DNA from: Sphaerodactylus townsendi
Taxonomy: Eukaryota
Length of the DNA: 64,000 nt
Direction of reading: 5' to 3'
Assembly: GCF_021028975.2 (NCBI RefSeq)
Contig: NC_059426.1
Span: 70,184,001 to 70,248,000, forward strand
Part shown: piece by piece, positions 62,244 to 64,000 of the stretch
Layout: the number at the start of each line of letters is the position of its first letter
How positions within the stretch are numbered: position 1 is the first letter of the stretch
Made by a program: the position numbers and the translations under genes
Notes under the pieces: generated by a model
The model's input: the letters and a program-made list of their open reading frames with translations, nothing else
What the model was told of the DNA's origin: nothing
The model's database searches: none

Positions 62244-64000
62244 TTAAAATTGCATGCATAAACTTTCTCGAAGATTTTCAAACTTCAGTCTTCCCAGTGG
62301 CTTCGTGAAGATGTTAGCCACCATCTCTTCTGAGGGTGTATACTCGACATTGATCAGTCCCTCCTTCATTATCCGCCTCAGTCCTGAGATCTTGATTGTG
62401 ATGTGTTTACCTCTGTTGTTGATCCCTTCAGACTTCATCAGGGTAATACTGGCTTGATTGTCCTCAAACAGGGTGATTGGCTTAGATTCATCTATGCCAA
62501 AGTCCTTCAGTAGAGCAATGATCCATTCCATTTCTCGACATGCACTATTGGCTGCAATGCATTCAGATTCTGTAGTAGATTGAGCAATAATAGTCTGTTT
62601 TCTACTAGTCCAGCTTATCAAGTTCTCTCCATAGTAGAAACTGTATCCACTTGTTGAAGCAAAATCAGTGTTGTCTTCACCCCAGTTTGCATCCATGTAA
62701 CCTAGTAGTTTTGGATCCTTGCAGGATGAAATCCTCAATTTTAAGTCCATTGTTTTAATCAGATATTGAGCTATTCTCTTTACAGCTTTCCAATCATGAT
62801 GATTTGGTGCACTTGTCTTTCTGCTTAATATTCTTACAGCAGCTGTGATATCTGGTCTTGAGACTGTGCTCAGATACAACAGCTTTCCAATAGCTTCTCT
62901 ATATTATTGTTCTCCATTGGCTGTCCATCATTGAGCTTGAGGTATACAGGCTTCATTGGTGTCCTGACACCTTTTGCATCTTTCATGTTCACTGATTCAA
63001 TAAAGTCCATGATCTTTGCTTTCTGGTTGAGAAGAAATCCTCCATCCTGGGTTCTTTCCATTTGTATTCCCAAATATTGCTTTGCTTCTCCCAGTTGCTT
63101 TACTCCAACAGAGTGATTCATCATCTTGGCAATTTCTGCTGCATCCTCACGCGTCTGGCAGCAGACTAAAAGATCGTCAACAAATGTCAAAATGTACTGG
63201 TATTGTCCATTTTTCATCCTTGAAAATAAACATAGTTCAGCTTGCCCTTGCTGAAAACCTTGTTCTTTTAGTAAAGCTGTTAGCTTTCTTTTGTTAGAAA
63301 TAGTCCCAATGTTCAAATGTTGCACTTGCATCTGCCGTGAAGCTGCAATACTCAACAATGTCCTGAAGGCTGTCCACTTCCCTACCTCAGGAGTGGGCAG
63401 TTGCATACTTCCATCAAGGCTAGTGGGTTCACTTTTAGATTCAACATTTTCAGATTCAACATTTGCATGACAAACATAGTCATCATATTTCTTTGGCATA
63501 ACTCCTTTGTTAGCCCTCTGTGATCTCCTTTCAGTGACAGGAATCTCTTCTTCCTCTGTGTCACTTTGCTCTGAGTCAGACTGCCCAGTTGCCCCTTCTA
63601 AATTGGCAGTTTCCAAACTCTCACTGGGGGCAACAGCTGCTTCACTGACCAACTCTGATAAGGTGAGTTCCCCAGGCTCTGGAGCGGGCCTTTGCACTGC
63701 GTTGCCCTGGATAGGAGCCTCTGGGAAATTCCCTTCATCAATGTAAACTGTATTCAAGACATCAACTTGTCCAGTTGTAGGATTCAGGATCCTATATCCC
63801 CATGAAAATGGGTTGTATCCTATTAAAATACCAAGTTCCACTCTTGGATCCAACTTCGCTCTCTTTTCTTTAGGGACAAAACTAAAAACTTTTGATCCGA
63901 AAGACTTTAAATGCTTTAATCCTGGCAACTTGCCATTCCACAGCTCATAAGGAGTCTTTCCTGTTGCTGAGTGAATACTTCTGTGGTACAAGTAGGTGGC
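62244..64000 (-). mobile_element. Ty1/copia pol (integrase C-terminus, deleted RT, RNase H); defective, continues beyond the window
   Basis: Integrase->RT->RNase H order. KTPYELW, FGSK..KLDPR..GILIGY (GKGY/SH3 region), FVDDLL, SRPDI, GYMDANW..STSGY, STTESE, EDNQ, KHI, NIFTKPL. Frameshift at ~62880. Confidence 0.93.

Overview
Vertebrate genomic DNA, most likely a squamate reptile (gecko-like repeat landscape), covering part of a class II (gamma-group, OR5/8/9-type) olfactory receptor cluster. There are six intact single-exon OR coding regions (7875-8819 -, 18045-18965 -, 27227-28165 +, 36836-37765 -, 42706-43644 -, 55979-56968 +), each preceded by a recognisable splice acceptor, plus a seventh OR pseudogene split by a solo LTR (47694-48495 -). 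The intergenic DNA is dense with mobile elements: hAT, Tc2-like and Harbinger MITEs (several with TSDs, including a SPIN element), a hAT transposase relic, L1/L2/CR1/RTE-type LINE fragments, tRNA- and 5S-derived SINEs, Penelope remnants with decayed hammerhead ribozymes, solo LTRs and the 3' part of a Ty1/copia element at the right edge. Three assembly gaps are present. The most striking observation is at the left edge: an 11-bp CpG-rich satellite carries seven copies of AACTTTTTAATG, two of them the exact 13-mer AACTTTTTAATGA known as the homeodomain core of the mouse OR enhancers H and P. It is therefore a candidate natural multimerised OR gene-choice enhancer, untested and possibly coincidental. 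Family and orthology names come from recalled consensus sequences, not database searches.
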